Below are positions 9,545 through 19,618 of a stretch of 64,000 nucleotides of DNA, in pieces; the stretch's first letter is position 1; each line of letters starts with the position of its first letter. The DNA lies in the NCBI GenBank assembly GCA_038231275.1, contig JBBRLQ010000001.1, forward strand, positions 448,001-512,000, in the 5' to 3' direction. Origin of the DNA: Polyangiales bacterium. GTDB lineage: Bacteria; Myxococcota_A; Polyangia; Polyangiales; Polyangiaceae. A model generated the notes under the pieces. The model ran no database searches and was not told where the DNA came from. It was given only the letters and a program-made list of their open reading frames with translations. The position numbers and the translations under genes were made by a program.

Positions 9545-10149
9545 TTGGCGCTCGCGGGCGCGGCGGTGTTGGGGGGCGTCGTGCCGGTGGTGGTGGTGAC
9601 CGAGAAGGTGGCCTCGCGGAGGACGTTCCCGCGCGCGGTCGACGCGTGGATCGTGCCCGTGAAGGTGCTCCCGCTGCGAACGCCGTAGCCGATGCCGGTG
9701 AAGCCGCCGTCGCTAGGATCGGCGCGGAGCAGCGTGAACGTGACGACGCCGCCGTCGCCGAGCTGTCCGTTGATCATCGCGGGGCCGAGCGCGCCGTCGC
9801 TCTTGCCGTGCACGCGGCCGGTAGCGCCGTCGATTCGAAAGCCGAGGGTGCCCGGACCGAGGCCGTCGCCGGCATCCTCCCCGCTCCACTTCGGGGCGTC
9901 GGGCGAAGGCGTGAGCGAGCCGATCGCCGCCGCGTACGTTCCTTCGAACGAGGTGTCGACCGGGCCTGCGTCGACGGGAGGTGCTGCGACGACGGCGCTC
10001 GCGGCGCCCTTCGCTCCACTCGCCACGCCGGTGGCGCTCGCCGCCGCGGGTGAGGACGACGACGCGTCGGGTCGGCTGCACCCGAGGCTTGCCGCGAGGA
10101 CGCCTGCGAGGAGGACTCCTGCGACGAGGGAGGGGAGGCGCAGGATCAT
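9541..10149 (-). CDS. Hypothetical lipoprotein
   Basis: Start re-chosen at 10149 (ATGA overlap); lipobox ASLGC, Ala/Pro linker, small beta domain. Confidence 0.7.
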   Translation of the reverse strand: MILRLPSLVAGVLLAGVLAASLGCSRPDASSSSPAAASATGVASGAKGAASAVVAAPPVDAGPVDTSFEGTYAAAIGSLTPSPDAPKWSGEDAGDGLGPGTLGFRIDGATGRVHGKSDGALGPAMINGQLGDGGVVTFTLLRADPSDGGFTGIGYGVRSGSTFTGTIHASTARGNVLREATFSVTTTTGTTPPNTAAPASAK

Positions 10150-11267
10150 CCGTTCCCTGCGCCGTCGCGTCGCGAGAGGATGCGCACGCCGACCTCTCCG
10201 TCGATCTCGACGAGCTCGCCGCGCGCGACCTCGACGCCGCCGACACGTAGCGTCACCGGCTCGGCGATCTTGGTGCCGAGCGCGAGCACGTCCCCTTTTC
10301 CGAGCGCCGCCCACTCTCGCGCGCGCAGCTCCGCGGCGCCGATCTCGACGCGCACGACCACGGGCACGTCGCCCAGCGCCTGCCCCAGTGCCTCGTTCGT
10401 CGTCTGATCTTCTTGCATGGAGAGCTCCACCCCATCGCCAACTAGCACGAGCTGGCCGTCCTCGCCGAGGTCCGCTCGCACGCCGACGTCGGCGGCCGGG
10501 GCGGCGAGGATGACGCTGCCGCGCAGATGCCCGGGCGCGCCGAGGGCCCATCCGCCGGGCAGCCAAGCGTCCCCGACGCGCAGCGACGCCACGTCCGACG
10601 CTGCGGCGAGCGTGGCCGCGGCGACGATGGGCAGACGCAGCGGCGTGTCGCCGAGGAGCGCGAGCGACGCGACGGACCACGAGACCGGCGCCGCGCGAAG
10701 CGTCTGCGCGCGCGGGAGGGCGACGCGCGCGAGGAAGGCGTCGTCGTCCACGAGGACCGTGAACGACGCGACGAGCACGTCATGACCGAGGGAAACGGCG
10801 AGGGCCTTCGCGGCGCCCGCACCACGCACGAGCAGCGGCGTTCCCGCGTGGGCGCGCCGGGCCGCCGCGACCAGGATCGCCGCGACGCCGCCCGCCACGT
10901 GCTCACCGGGATCCCGCGCGCCGTCCACGATCGCGGGAGCCTTGCGCCGAAGCGCGCGTGCGCACAGCGCGGTGGCGAGCGCCGGCTCGATCTCGACGAG
11001 CGCGAGCTCCGCGGGGCGATCGGCCGGACCGAGCAAGACGCCGACGCCGCCACCCACCGCGCCGCTCGACGCCGTCACGCCGCGCAGCAGGATATCGACG
11101 CGCGCGGACAGGAGCTGCGCGAGCGCGCCGGCGAGCTCCGTCACGCGCACGAGGTCACGCGCCGCTCTCCGCAACCGGTGCGCCGCACGCGCGTCCGCTC
11201 GCGTCGTGGACGCGAGCGCGTGCCACGGATACGGCTGGACGCGCTCGGTGCGAGGGCCCGACGGCAT
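10146..11267 (-). CDS. SctQ/FliM-FliN family (SpoA domain) C-ring protein
   Basis: C-terminal DVPVVVRVEIG..LGKGDVL..VTLRVGGVEVARGELVEIDGEVGVRI is a typical SpoA/FliN domain, preceded by a degenerate first SpoA. Confidence 0.85.
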   Translation of the reverse strand: MPSGPRTERVQPYPWHALASTTRADARAAHRLRRAARDLVRVTELAGALAQLLSARVDILLRGVTASSGAVGGGVGVLLGPADRPAELALVEIEPALATALCARALRRKAPAIVDGARDPGEHVAGGVAAILVAAARRAHAGTPLLVRGAGAAKALAVSLGHDVLVASFTVLVDDDAFLARVALPRAQTLRAAPVSWSVASLALLGDTPLRLPIVAAATLAAASDVASLRVGDAWLPGGWALGAPGHLRGSVILAAPAADVGVRADLGEDGQLVLVGDGVELSMQEDQTTNEALGQALGDVPVVVRVEIGAAELRAREWAALGKGDVLALGTKIAEPVTLRVGGVEVARGELVEIDGEVGVRILSRRDGAGNG

Positions 11268-11340
11268 GCTTCCTTGTCGCGCCCTGCGCCCGCCCGCGCA
11301 AGTGGCTTGGACGGCCGCGGTTCTGGTACCCTACCGCGTG

Positions 11341-12015
11341 ATGCGCCCTCGCCACGCCGCCGCCGTGCTCGCCGTGTCCTTCGCTGCGTTCGCCGCGCTC
11401 GCATCGTTCGCGCCTACGCCCGCGCGCGCCGATGACGCGAAGCCGATCACGAAGACCGAGACGAAGGCCGAAAAATCTCCGAAGGCGACCGCGAAGCCCT
11501 CGGGCGAGCCGGTCTTCGATCCCGACAACAAGACGGCGATCAGCAAGTACAACGACACGATCCTGAAGGGGAACGGTAAGTTCCTCGCCCGCGATTTCCC
11601 CGGCGCGCTCGACATCTACCGCAGCGCGATCCCGCTCGCCCCCAAGAACGCGCTCGGTCACACCATGATCGCCGAGACGCAGATCGCCGCCGGTAACCTC
11701 CCCGAGGCGGAGGCGTCGTTGTCGCAAGCCGAAGCGAACGCCGACGAGAAGAACGCGGGCCTCCGCGCGAAGGTCCTCTTCCTCCAGGCCGATCTGAAGG
11801 AGCGCCAGAAGCGCTGGGACGAGGCGAAGGCGGCGTGGACGGTCTACACCGACTACGTCGGCAAGCACGCCGGCGTGGGCTTCCCGCCGTCCGCCGCGAG
11901 CCGGATTCAGGCGATCGACGACATGCTCAAGCAAGAGAAGGCGTACGTCGCCGTGCGCGAGCGCATCGCCGCCGAGAAGAACCCGCCCCCGGCGACGACG
12001 CCCGCCAAGAAGTAG
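11341..12015 (+). CDS. Secreted TPR protein
   Basis: Signal peptide ending ARA; TPR-like helices (DFPGALDIYRSAI, GNLPEAEASL, RWDEAKAAW). Confidence 0.75.
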   Translation: MRPRHAAAVLAVSFAAFAALASFAPTPARADDAKPITKTETKAEKSPKATAKPSGEPVFDPDNKTAISKYNDTILKGNGKFLARDFPGALDIYRSAIPLAPKNALGHTMIAETQIAAGNLPEAEASLSQAEANADEKNAGLRAKVLFLQADLKERQKRWDEAKAAWTVYTDYVGKHAGVGFPPSAASRIQAIDDMLKQEKAYVAVRERIAAEKNPPPATTPAKK

Positions 12016-12049
12016 CGGCTCGCCTACCTCGCGACGCGAAAGGCCGATT

Positions 12050-15000
12050 TCAGAGCCCGAGTGCGACGTCGCGCTCGACGAGCGTGTCGGCGTCCTGCGT
12101 GAATTTCTGGAACTTGGCGTACTCGGCGCCGGGCTGGATTCGTCCCGCCGGGAGCTCGATGACGCGATCGAGCGTCACCGCGTGCCCGTGGACAGCGTCC
12201 TTCACGAGGACCACGCGATCGCCGTCCTTCGCCTCGCCGCCCGGCAACGACGCCGGCACGCGGATCGAGTCGGGGACCACGACGGTGAAGCGGATCTCTG
12301 CGTGCGACGCGCTGCCGAGGAGGAGCGGCGTCTGTCGGGTCGGGAGCGTGGCGAGCTGCGAGATGCGCATCGGAAAGAGCGCGCGGAGGACCAGGTTCTT
12401 GCCGCTCCGTCGCGCGAGCTCGGGCACGTCGAGTCGCGTCTTCACCACGAGCGGCTCGTTGAGATCCAGCTTGTTCTCGATCTTGAGCTCGCGGACACGC
12501 GCGCCCGGGACGTTGCGCGCGAGGAGCCGCGCCTCGACGAAGTCCTTCACCTGCGCCTCGGCGATCTTGTCGAAGACGTTGCGCATCGAGATGCCGAGCT
12601 TTCCGGTGAAGCTCTGCGACAGCTCCACGGTCGCCGAGCCGTCCTCGCGCAGATCGGCTCGCCCTTCGAAGAGAACACCATCGAGCGCGCCGGTGTTGCC
12701 GATGACCTCGGTAGGCGTCCCGCGTACGAGGCGGATCGCCGGTTGTCCGCGCATCTCCGCCGGCACGTAGCCATAGGGGGCGAATTTGTCGCGCACGGTC
12801 AGCCATCGCGCGCCGTGTTCGGTCGAGAGGCGCAGCGCCATACCGTCGTATTGCTCGACCTCGCTCATCGGTCCGAGCGGCGGCATCGCGAGGCGGCTCT
12901 TGACGAGGCCGATCTCGACGGGGATGCCGATTTGCCGCAAAAGATGCTCGAACGCGGCCTTTCGCGAACCGACGCGTCCGAGCACGACGCGGCGGCCGTC
13001 GGTCTCGGGACCGTCCTCGACGTGCTCGGTGACGAACTTGTAGACGGCGCGCGCGCGATCGTCGGTCTGTCCATCGGGGATGCCGCGCACGATCTCGAGC
13101 GCGCGCTTGTGCAGGCGCGGATCGAGCGGCGTCTCGTCCACCGCGACGTCGACGAGCCGCGCGACGGTGTCGCCGAGGCTGATGCCCCAGCCCACGCGAA
13201 CGCTCGGCAGGAACTCCACCTGCGGCACCGAGTCCGGTTCCTCGAGCACCGGCGGGCTCTCGTCGACGCGCCACCGGCGCTCCACGAAGGTCCCCTTGTC
13301 GCGCATCTGCGGCGTGCCCACCTGGCCGAGCGTCTCGAGCTGCACCGGCCGATCTTTGGGCGTGATGCAGATGAACTCGCTGCGCCAGTAGCCCTTGTCG
13401 GCCTCGCGGAAGAACCAATGAGGGCCGCGGTATCGCTTGCCGCGCTGCCCGTCGCCGCCCTGGATCGTGATGTGCTCGATCTCGATGTAGTCGCCGACGT
13501 CGAGGTGCGGCATCGTGATCGTGCCCTTGCCGGCGACCTGCTCGGGCTCGAGCACGGAGCCATTGGGCTTGATGACGCGAACGCGCAGGACGAGGCCGGC
13601 GGGAGGCGCCTGCTCGGCCTCTTTGTTGATGGCCTCTTGTGATTGAATCTTGAGGATCTCGTGCTCGAGCATCTCGCTCGAGCCGTCGGGGTGCACCCAG
13701 ATCGCGGAGTAGTCGAGGACGCGGGCGGCGTTGCCCTCCATGCGCTTGCCGCGCTTCTCCCAGGCCTCGAACTCGCGCACGACCGCGCGGCCGTCGATGC
13801 GGTAGGGCTCCAGGTTGGTCGCGCCGTCGAGGAGATCGATCGCGTCGTGGATCTCGCCGCCCTTGCCGCCGGCCAGGAGCGCGTCGGCGAGGGCGCGGCG
13901 GAGCGCGGCGAGATCTCCGCGAGCGTAGGCGCGATCGGCGAGGCGGAGGCGCGCGGCGGAGTCGGCGGGGTTCTTGGCGAGGGCCTTGTCGAGCTGCGCG
14001 GCGGCGGCGCTCGGATCGCCACCGCGCGCGAGGACGGCGGCGACACGCGCGGCGAGCTCTTTGCGGTCGGGGCGACGCTTCGCGAGACGCTGCAGCTCGG
14101 CGAGCGCGGCCTTCCAGTCGTGCCGCGCGAGCGCGCGATCGAGATCGTTCTCCGCGTCGGGATCGAGCTTCTTTACTCGCGCCGCGACGCGATCGGCGTC
14201 CTCGAGCGCGCCGTCCTCTTCGAGCGCGCCGAGGTGCATGCGCAGCGCGTTCACGTCGTCCGGAAAGCGCTGCGCGAGATCGGCGAGGGTGCGCATGCGC
14301 TCCGCGCGCCACCCGAGGCGACCGTACACACGGGCGAGCTGGATCGCGATCTCCGGCTCGGCCGGGAACTCGGCGACGAGCTTGCGGAGCGGCTCCACGG
14401 CTTCGATCGCGCCGCGCTGCTCGGCCTCGTCGAGGACGAGCCACGTGCGCGAGTACCAGAGGCGCGGATCCTTCCTCGCCGCGCGCGCGTGCAGATCGCG
14501 CTCGGTGCGCTGGCGCAGCTCCTCGGGGAGCGCGGCGTCGGCGCGCGCGTAGCCGGCACCAAGCGTGAGCGCGAGGGGCCCCGCGTCCTCAGGTGCCGTG
14601 ATCGGCTCGACGAGGACCGCGGCGACGTCGCTCAGCGACTCGATGTACGCCGCGTACGACGCGAGCGCCGCGGCGAGGGGCGACGACGCGCGGCCCGCGG
14701 TGACGAACGCGTCGATGGGGTTCGGATCGGAGAGCACCTGAGGCGGCACGAGCGAGTAGGCGCGCGACGCGTCGACGTCGGTGTGGACGGGTGCGGGCGT
14801 CCCGTCGCTGCCGACGACGCGGACGCTCGCAGAGTCGGCGAGCACGCGCGCGAGGACGCGGTGACGGCCCTCCGGAAGACGCACGCGGACGCCGAATTTC
14901 TGCCAGATCCCCCACGTGCGGAGATCGCGGTCGAGGACCGGCGCGTCGTCGATCCACACCTTCACGGCGCCTTGCACAGCGACGATCACGTCCGCGGCCT

Positions 15001-15811
15001 GGTCGGCGGTCACGAACGTCTCGACGTAGTACACGCCGTCCTCGCCGCGCTCGGTGCTGGCGGCGAGGCAGCGGTGCTGCTCGGTCTTGAGGACGTGCGG
15101 CGCGGTGCCACGTGTCGGCTCGGCGGCCCACGCGACGGGCCACGGACCCGGACGCTCGGCTGGAAATTCGGTGCGGCGGTCGGCGGCGCTTCCCTTGCCG
15201 AACGGCCCAGCGATTCGGAGCTTCGTCGCGCAGCCCATCTTCGTCGTGACGAGCGCGTCGTACGCGTCGCCGGTGATCGCGGCGGAGTCGAGCGCCTCCG
15301 CGATGCTCCACTCGGTGAGCTCGGCGACCGTACGCCAGCCGATCGCGCCGGGAGATCGCATCAAGCGATCGACGCGCTCGCGGACGCGCGGGTAGAGGCC
15401 ATGGACCGAGCCACGGAGGCCGAGGACGTGGTGCGACGAGAACCACGCGACGAGCGGCGCGAGCGGATCCTGGCTTCCGCGCGCGGCCTCGAGCGCGGCG
15501 AGGTATCCGTCGGCGGCGCCGCGCGGATCGCCGTGCGCCTCGTCGTAGAGCGCCTGCCCGAGCGACGCGTAGAGACCACGCTTCCCCTCGAGCGCCTTCC
15601 GCGCGCTCGCGGCCTGCTGCGCGTCACCGCCCGGCGCGAGCATCTCGGCGAGCGCCCACTTTCCGGCGTCGTCGGCGTTGCCTCCGCGTCCACGCTCGCG
15701 CGCGTCCGCGAGCGTCGCCGGAGCCGCCCCGCCCGAGACCGATCCGCCGCACGCCGGCGCGAAGATCGAGAGCCCGAGAAAAAGGACCGGAGCGAGCTTG
15801 GTCATTTTCAT
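12050..15811 (-). CDS. Large lipoprotein: TPR + DUF3857 + degenerate transglutaminase-like domain
   Basis: Start re-chosen at 15811 (ATGA overlap), lipobox APAC, WVHPDGS and GDYIEIE DUF3857-type motifs; same architecture as the upstream paralog but no GDC motif. Confidence 0.75.
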   Translation of the reverse strand: MKMTKLAPVLFLGLSIFAPACGGSVSGGAAPATLADARERGRGGNADDAGKWALAEMLAPGGDAQQAASARKALEGKRGLYASLGQALYDEAHGDPRGAADGYLAALEAARGSQDPLAPLVAWFSSHHVLGLRGSVHGLYPRVRERVDRLMRSPGAIGWRTVAELTEWSIAEALDSAAITGDAYDALVTTKMGCATKLRIAGPFGKGSAADRRTEFPAERPGPWPVAWAAEPTRGTAPHVLKTEQHRCLAASTERGEDGVYYVETFVTADQAADVIVAVQGAVKVWIDDAPVLDRDLRTWGIWQKFGVRVRLPEGRHRVLARVLADSASVRVVGSDGTPAPVHTDVDASRAYSLVPPQVLSDPNPIDAFVTAGRASSPLAAALASYAAYIESLSDVAAVLVEPITAPEDAGPLALTLGAGYARADAALPEELRQRTERDLHARAARKDPRLWYSRTWLVLDEAEQRGAIEAVEPLRKLVAEFPAEPEIAIQLARVYGRLGWRAERMRTLADLAQRFPDDVNALRMHLGALEEDGALEDADRVAARVKKLDPDAENDLDRALARHDWKAALAELQRLAKRRPDRKELAARVAAVLARGGDPSAAAAQLDKALAKNPADSAARLRLADRAYARGDLAALRRALADALLAGGKGGEIHDAIDLLDGATNLEPYRIDGRAVVREFEAWEKRGKRMEGNAARVLDYSAIWVHPDGSSEMLEHEILKIQSQEAINKEAEQAPPAGLVLRVRVIKPNGSVLEPEQVAGKGTITMPHLDVGDYIEIEHITIQGGDGQRGKRYRGPHWFFREADKGYWRSEFICITPKDRPVQLETLGQVGTPQMRDKGTFVERRWRVDESPPVLEEPDSVPQVEFLPSVRVGWGISLGDTVARLVDVAVDETPLDPRLHKRALEIVRGIPDGQTDDRARAVYKFVTEHVEDGPETDGRRVVLGRVGSRKAAFEHLLRQIGIPVEIGLVKSRLAMPPLGPMSEVEQYDGMALRLSTEHGARWLTVRDKFAPYGYVPAEMRGQPAIRLVRGTPTEVIGNTGALDGVLFEGRADLREDGSATVELSQSFTGKLGISMRNVFDKIAEAQVKDFVEARLLARNVPGARVRELKIENKLDLNEPLVVKTRLDVPELARRSGKNLVLRALFPMRISQLATLPTRQTPLLLGSASHAEIRFTVVVPDSIRVPASLPGGEAKDGDRVVLVKDAVHGHAVTLDRVIELPAGRIQPGAEYAKFQKFTQDADTLVERDVALGL

Positions 15812-18800
15812 TTCGACGTGAACACCACGCGCTGTCCGAGCGCGCGATCGGCGGCCTCGCACCACGCCCGGAACGCGCCGTATTCGGCCGCGGGGATGCG
15901 CGTCTTGGTCATCGCGATGGTCGTCTTCACGCGCACCGTCGCGCCGCTCTCGACCTCCACCTTGAGGGTCCCGTAGGGGCTCGTCTCGTTCGCGGCGTGC
16001 GGCGCGGTGACGACGCGCGTGCCCGGCGGGAGGCGTACGTTCCACTCCGACTCGCTCGTCGTCTGCGCGGCGAGCTTGAGATCGAGCCGCCTCCGCGAGA
16101 GCGCCGCGAAGTCGCGGACCATGTGCTCGCTCGGCCCGACAGGCGCGCTCCATGTGTCGGCGTCGCGCCGCGCGAGCTGCGGGGTCTTGCCCTTCACGCG
16201 GAGGCTCACCTTCTGCTCGACGTCCTCGAAGTTCCCCGCCGTCGCGTCGGCGATCTCGAGCCCCGCGAACTCCGCGCTCAGATCCTCTTGAAGCCTCGTG
16301 CGCCTGGTCGCGTCCGCGTGGTACCGCTGCCGCCACGCGCTGGCGCTCACGCCGCCGACGTCGATCTTGAGGTCCACCTGCGCGGACCCGTCGGCGCCGA
16401 GTGTCACGTCGTTCTTGCGCGCCAGCACGCTCTCGCTCGCGGGCGGATCGGGCAGGTGAATGAGCTTCGTCTTCCCCTCGTTGATCTGCATGGCGAGCGC
16501 GCCGCGATCCATCGACGGCAGCTCGGTGGAGCCCGTGTATTCGGCGGTCCCGTCGAGGTAGAGATCGAGCGACGGCACGTACGCGATCGCGTGATCGAAC
16601 GGCGCGAGGCTCGCCGGCTCGGTGCCGAAGTCGCCGCGGTGCCCGGTGCGCACGATCACGATCGTCGACGGGATGCCGAGCTCCTTCAGCATGGTGACGA
16701 TGAGCGTCGCCTTGTCTTTGCAGTCGCCGAAGCCGCGCGCGAAGATCTGCGCGCAGCGGTACGGCTTGAAGCCGTAGATCCCGAACTCGAGCGCGACGTA
16801 CCGCGTCTTCTGGACGACGTAATCGTAGACCGCGCGGACCTTGTCCTTCTCGGTCGTGAGGCCCTTGGTGATCTCCGTCACGCGCCGCCGCACCTCGTCG
16901 TCCGCGACGAACTGGTCCTTCACGAGGCCCCAGTACCAGCGTCCGACGTCTTCCCACGTCTTGTACGTCGACACGTGCACGTGCCCCAAGAGCTCGCCGA
17001 ACGGCGGCGCGATCGCCTCGGGCTCGATCGCCGGCACGTCCTTCGCGACGTAGTGGTAGATGCGCGCGTCCGGCGTCTCTTCGACCGTGCGCGTGAGGTT
17101 CGGGACGTTCGGTGTGTTGAAGTAGAAGGTGCGCGCCTTCGGCGTGATGAGCACGTACTCGGCGCGCGCGACCCTCTCCGTCGATTGGAGGTACGCGACC
17201 TCTCCGAAATAGTCGGCGAACGCGTTGCGCGGCGCGACGTCCTCGACGCGGTACTGCAGCTCGACGACGTCACCGGGCGACAGGCGCGGAAAGCGCACGA
17301 AATAGGCGCGCGCGCTGGTGTACGTGGCGATCTGAGGATTGTCGGCGGGGCCGTCGCCGGTCTCGACCGCTTCGTCGATCTTGCCGCCCGGGCGGTACAC
17401 GTGCGCGCCTCGCAGCTGGACGGTCTCGCTGTCGGCTTGAAACCCGAACGCGTACTCGCGCGCCTCGCTCGCCGCCGCGTCGGTGAGCGGCTGGAAGACG
17501 ATCTGATGAAACCGGCTCGCGAGGCCGTTCGGGAAGACCGTGGTCACTTGGAGATCGACGAGCGTGCGCCGCGCTTGCCCGCCGGCCGCGGCGTCTCGCG
17601 CCTTCAGGAACTCGGCCGGCGGCCGCGCGTACGCCTCGTCGGGCCGCGCGCGCGTCGGCTGGGTGTGGGCGACGAACTCGCGTACGTCCTTTTCTTGCGG
17701 CTTCAGCTCCAGCACGCGACGAAGGAGCTTCAGCTGCTCGTCGCCCTGCCCGCCCACCGCGTAGACCTCTGCGAGCGCGCGCATCGAGTCGGTGTCCTCG
17801 GGTGCGAGATCGAGCGCGCGCCGGTACATCGCGATCCCTGCCGGGCGATCGCCGAGCGAGACGAGCGCGCGCGCGGCGGTGGCGAGCGACGACGCGCTGT
17901 CGGGGCTCGTCGCGAGCAAGCGATCGATCCACCGCGCGGCGCCTGGCTTGTCGCGCCGCGCGATCGCCAGATCCAGCTGCGCGTTCAGGAACCCGACGTC
18001 GTCGAAGCGCAGGTTCGCGTAGCGCTCCTGGATCTCGTCGGCCTCGGTCGTGCGCTCCTGCTCGTGCAGCGCCGCCACCATCGCGCGCAGCAGCGCGACG
18101 CTTCGCGGACGGCGGGCCAGCGCGCGCTCCAGGATCCCGAGCGCCGTCTCGCGCAGCCCCGCCTCGCCGTAGAGCTCCACCCGCGCGAGGGTCGCCGTCA
18201 CGTTGTCGGGATCGAGCGCCAGCACGCGATCGAAGAACGGGATCGCGTCGCGCCAGTTGGCGCCGGTGCGCGCGTGGCTGGCCCGCGCGAGGAGCACGTC
18301 GATCTTCTCGGCATTCGTCGCGCCCTTCGCCGCGAGCGCCTCCGCCTTCTCGATCCAGATCGCGCGCTGATTTCGCCCTTCGGCCAGCTCGCCCGCGAGG
18401 AGCAGCCGCGCGACGGTCGGGGCCTTCTCCGCCGCCCCACGCGCGAGCTCCCGCGCCTTGTTCTCCGTTCCGTCGTCGCTCTGCGTGAGGACGAGGTACC
18501 GCGCGAATGCCTCGAGCGTCGCCGCGTCGCCCGCCTTTGCGAGCCGCTCGAACGCCGGGATCGGCCCGTCGAGCGGCGCGGCCGCCGGCTTGGCGTCCCC
18601 TTTCTTGAACCGTTGCGCCGCGGCCTCGCCGGAGTGGGACGGATCGGGATCGGACTCGATCGTCGGATCGGGCGCGCCGTTCTCGCCGGCGAGTCGCAGC
18701 GCGAGGAGGGGCGCCTCGTCGTCGCCGCAGACCTTCGCCTGAAGGCGGTTGTATCCTGCACGCATCGTCACGCGCGCGCCGAACCGCTCGGCGTCGAGGT

Positions 18801-19521
18801 CGCGGTACTTGTCGTCCCTCAGCACCTCCTCGCCGTTCCAGGTGACCTTCATCGCGCCGGCGCTGCCCGCCCACAGCGAAATCGTGCGCGGCGCGACCTT
18901 CGGGCCGCGCGTGTCGTGCACGAACGTCGTCACGAACGCGCACACCTTCGCCGTCGGGCGGAGGAGGACGCCGAAGTCCGTCCAGCCGTAGGGAGACGCG
19001 CCGGTGACGAGGCGGAAGCGGACCGGACGCTCCTTGCCCTCGTACGTGCGCGCGAGGTTCACGACCTCGGTGGCGTCGGCTTCAGGGCCGAACGTTCGCC
19101 CGAGGCCGGCCTTGCCTTCGTTGTCGAACGGACCGGCGACGAGCCATCGTCCGACGTAGCCGAGGCGCGAGACTCGGGCGCGCGCGCCGTCGAGATCGCC
19201 GCGCCTCCGCCGCGCGTACGCCTCGAGGAGCCCCGCGTACGCTTTCGCCGGCGCGCCGAGGCGAGGCTCGTCGGCGAGTCCCCGGAGGAGCTCCTCGACC
19301 TCCGCGGGATCCCCTTGGTCCCATTCGAGCCACAACCGGCGCATCGCCGCGTACGCCTCCGGTCCGCGCGCCCGCTCGACGTCGCCGCGGAGCTTCGAGA
19401 GGCGCGCGAACCGGTCGCTCATCTCCGCGCGCGCGTCCCCGAGGACGCCCGTGGCCAGGCCGATCACCACACTGACCACCGCGACGAGACGCGGAACCGG
19501 ACGGGTTAACCTCACCCTCAC
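15808..19521 (-). CDS. Large exported TPR + DUF3857 + transglutaminase-like protein
   Basis: Signal peptide; many TPRs; PGDVVELQY; RYVALEFG; GFGDCKDKATL, FDHAI, YLDGT (Cys-His-Asp triad); start approximate (GTG 19521 or 19515). Confidence 0.88.
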   Translation of the reverse strand: MRVRLTRPVPRLVAVVSVVIGLATGVLGDARAEMSDRFARLSKLRGDVERARGPEAYAAMRRLWLEWDQGDPAEVEELLRGLADEPRLGAPAKAYAGLLEAYARRRRGDLDGARARVSRLGYVGRWLVAGPFDNEGKAGLGRTFGPEADATEVVNLARTYEGKERPVRFRLVTGASPYGWTDFGVLLRPTAKVCAFVTTFVHDTRGPKVAPRTISLWAGSAGAMKVTWNGEEVLRDDKYRDLDAERFGARVTMRAGYNRLQAKVCGDDEAPLLALRLAGENGAPDPTIESDPDPSHSGEAAAQRFKKGDAKPAAAPLDGPIPAFERLAKAGDAATLEAFARYLVLTQSDDGTENKARELARGAAEKAPTVARLLLAGELAEGRNQRAIWIEKAEALAAKGATNAEKIDVLLARASHARTGANWRDAIPFFDRVLALDPDNVTATLARVELYGEAGLRETALGILERALARRPRSVALLRAMVAALHEQERTTEADEIQERYANLRFDDVGFLNAQLDLAIARRDKPGAARWIDRLLATSPDSASSLATAARALVSLGDRPAGIAMYRRALDLAPEDTDSMRALAEVYAVGGQGDEQLKLLRRVLELKPQEKDVREFVAHTQPTRARPDEAYARPPAEFLKARDAAAGGQARRTLVDLQVTTVFPNGLASRFHQIVFQPLTDAAASEAREYAFGFQADSETVQLRGAHVYRPGGKIDEAVETGDGPADNPQIATYTSARAYFVRFPRLSPGDVVELQYRVEDVAPRNAFADYFGEVAYLQSTERVARAEYVLITPKARTFYFNTPNVPNLTRTVEETPDARIYHYVAKDVPAIEPEAIAPPFGELLGHVHVSTYKTWEDVGRWYWGLVKDQFVADDEVRRRVTEITKGLTTEKDKVRAVYDYVVQKTRYVALEFGIYGFKPYRCAQIFARGFGDCKDKATLIVTMLKELGIPSTIVIVRTGHRGDFGTEPASLAPFDHAIAYVPSLDLYLDGTAEYTGSTELPSMDRGALAMQINEGKTKLIHLPDPPASESVLARKNDVTLGADGSAQVDLKIDVGGVSASAWRQRYHADATRRTRLQEDLSAEFAGLEIADATAGNFEDVEQKVSLRVKGKTPQLARRDADTWSAPVGPSEHMVRDFAALSRRRLDLKLAAQTTSESEWNVRLPPGTRVVTAPHAANETSPYGTLKVEVESGATVRVKTTIAMTKTRIPAAEYGAFRAWCEAADRALGQRVVFTSK

Positions 19522-19618
19522 GTTGTCGGAGACCGTGGCGGGTCCGTCAAGGGGCGCTTTCTGGAAGATGGCTCCGCGCTTGGCCGTTTGTCCGAGAGCG
19601 GCGAAACTGGTCCCACCG

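Noticed and set aside
15812-16957. Apparent N-terminal extension making a 1635-aa protein
   Set aside because: Out-of-frame overlap with the upstream gene; the true start with lipoprotein signal is at 15811
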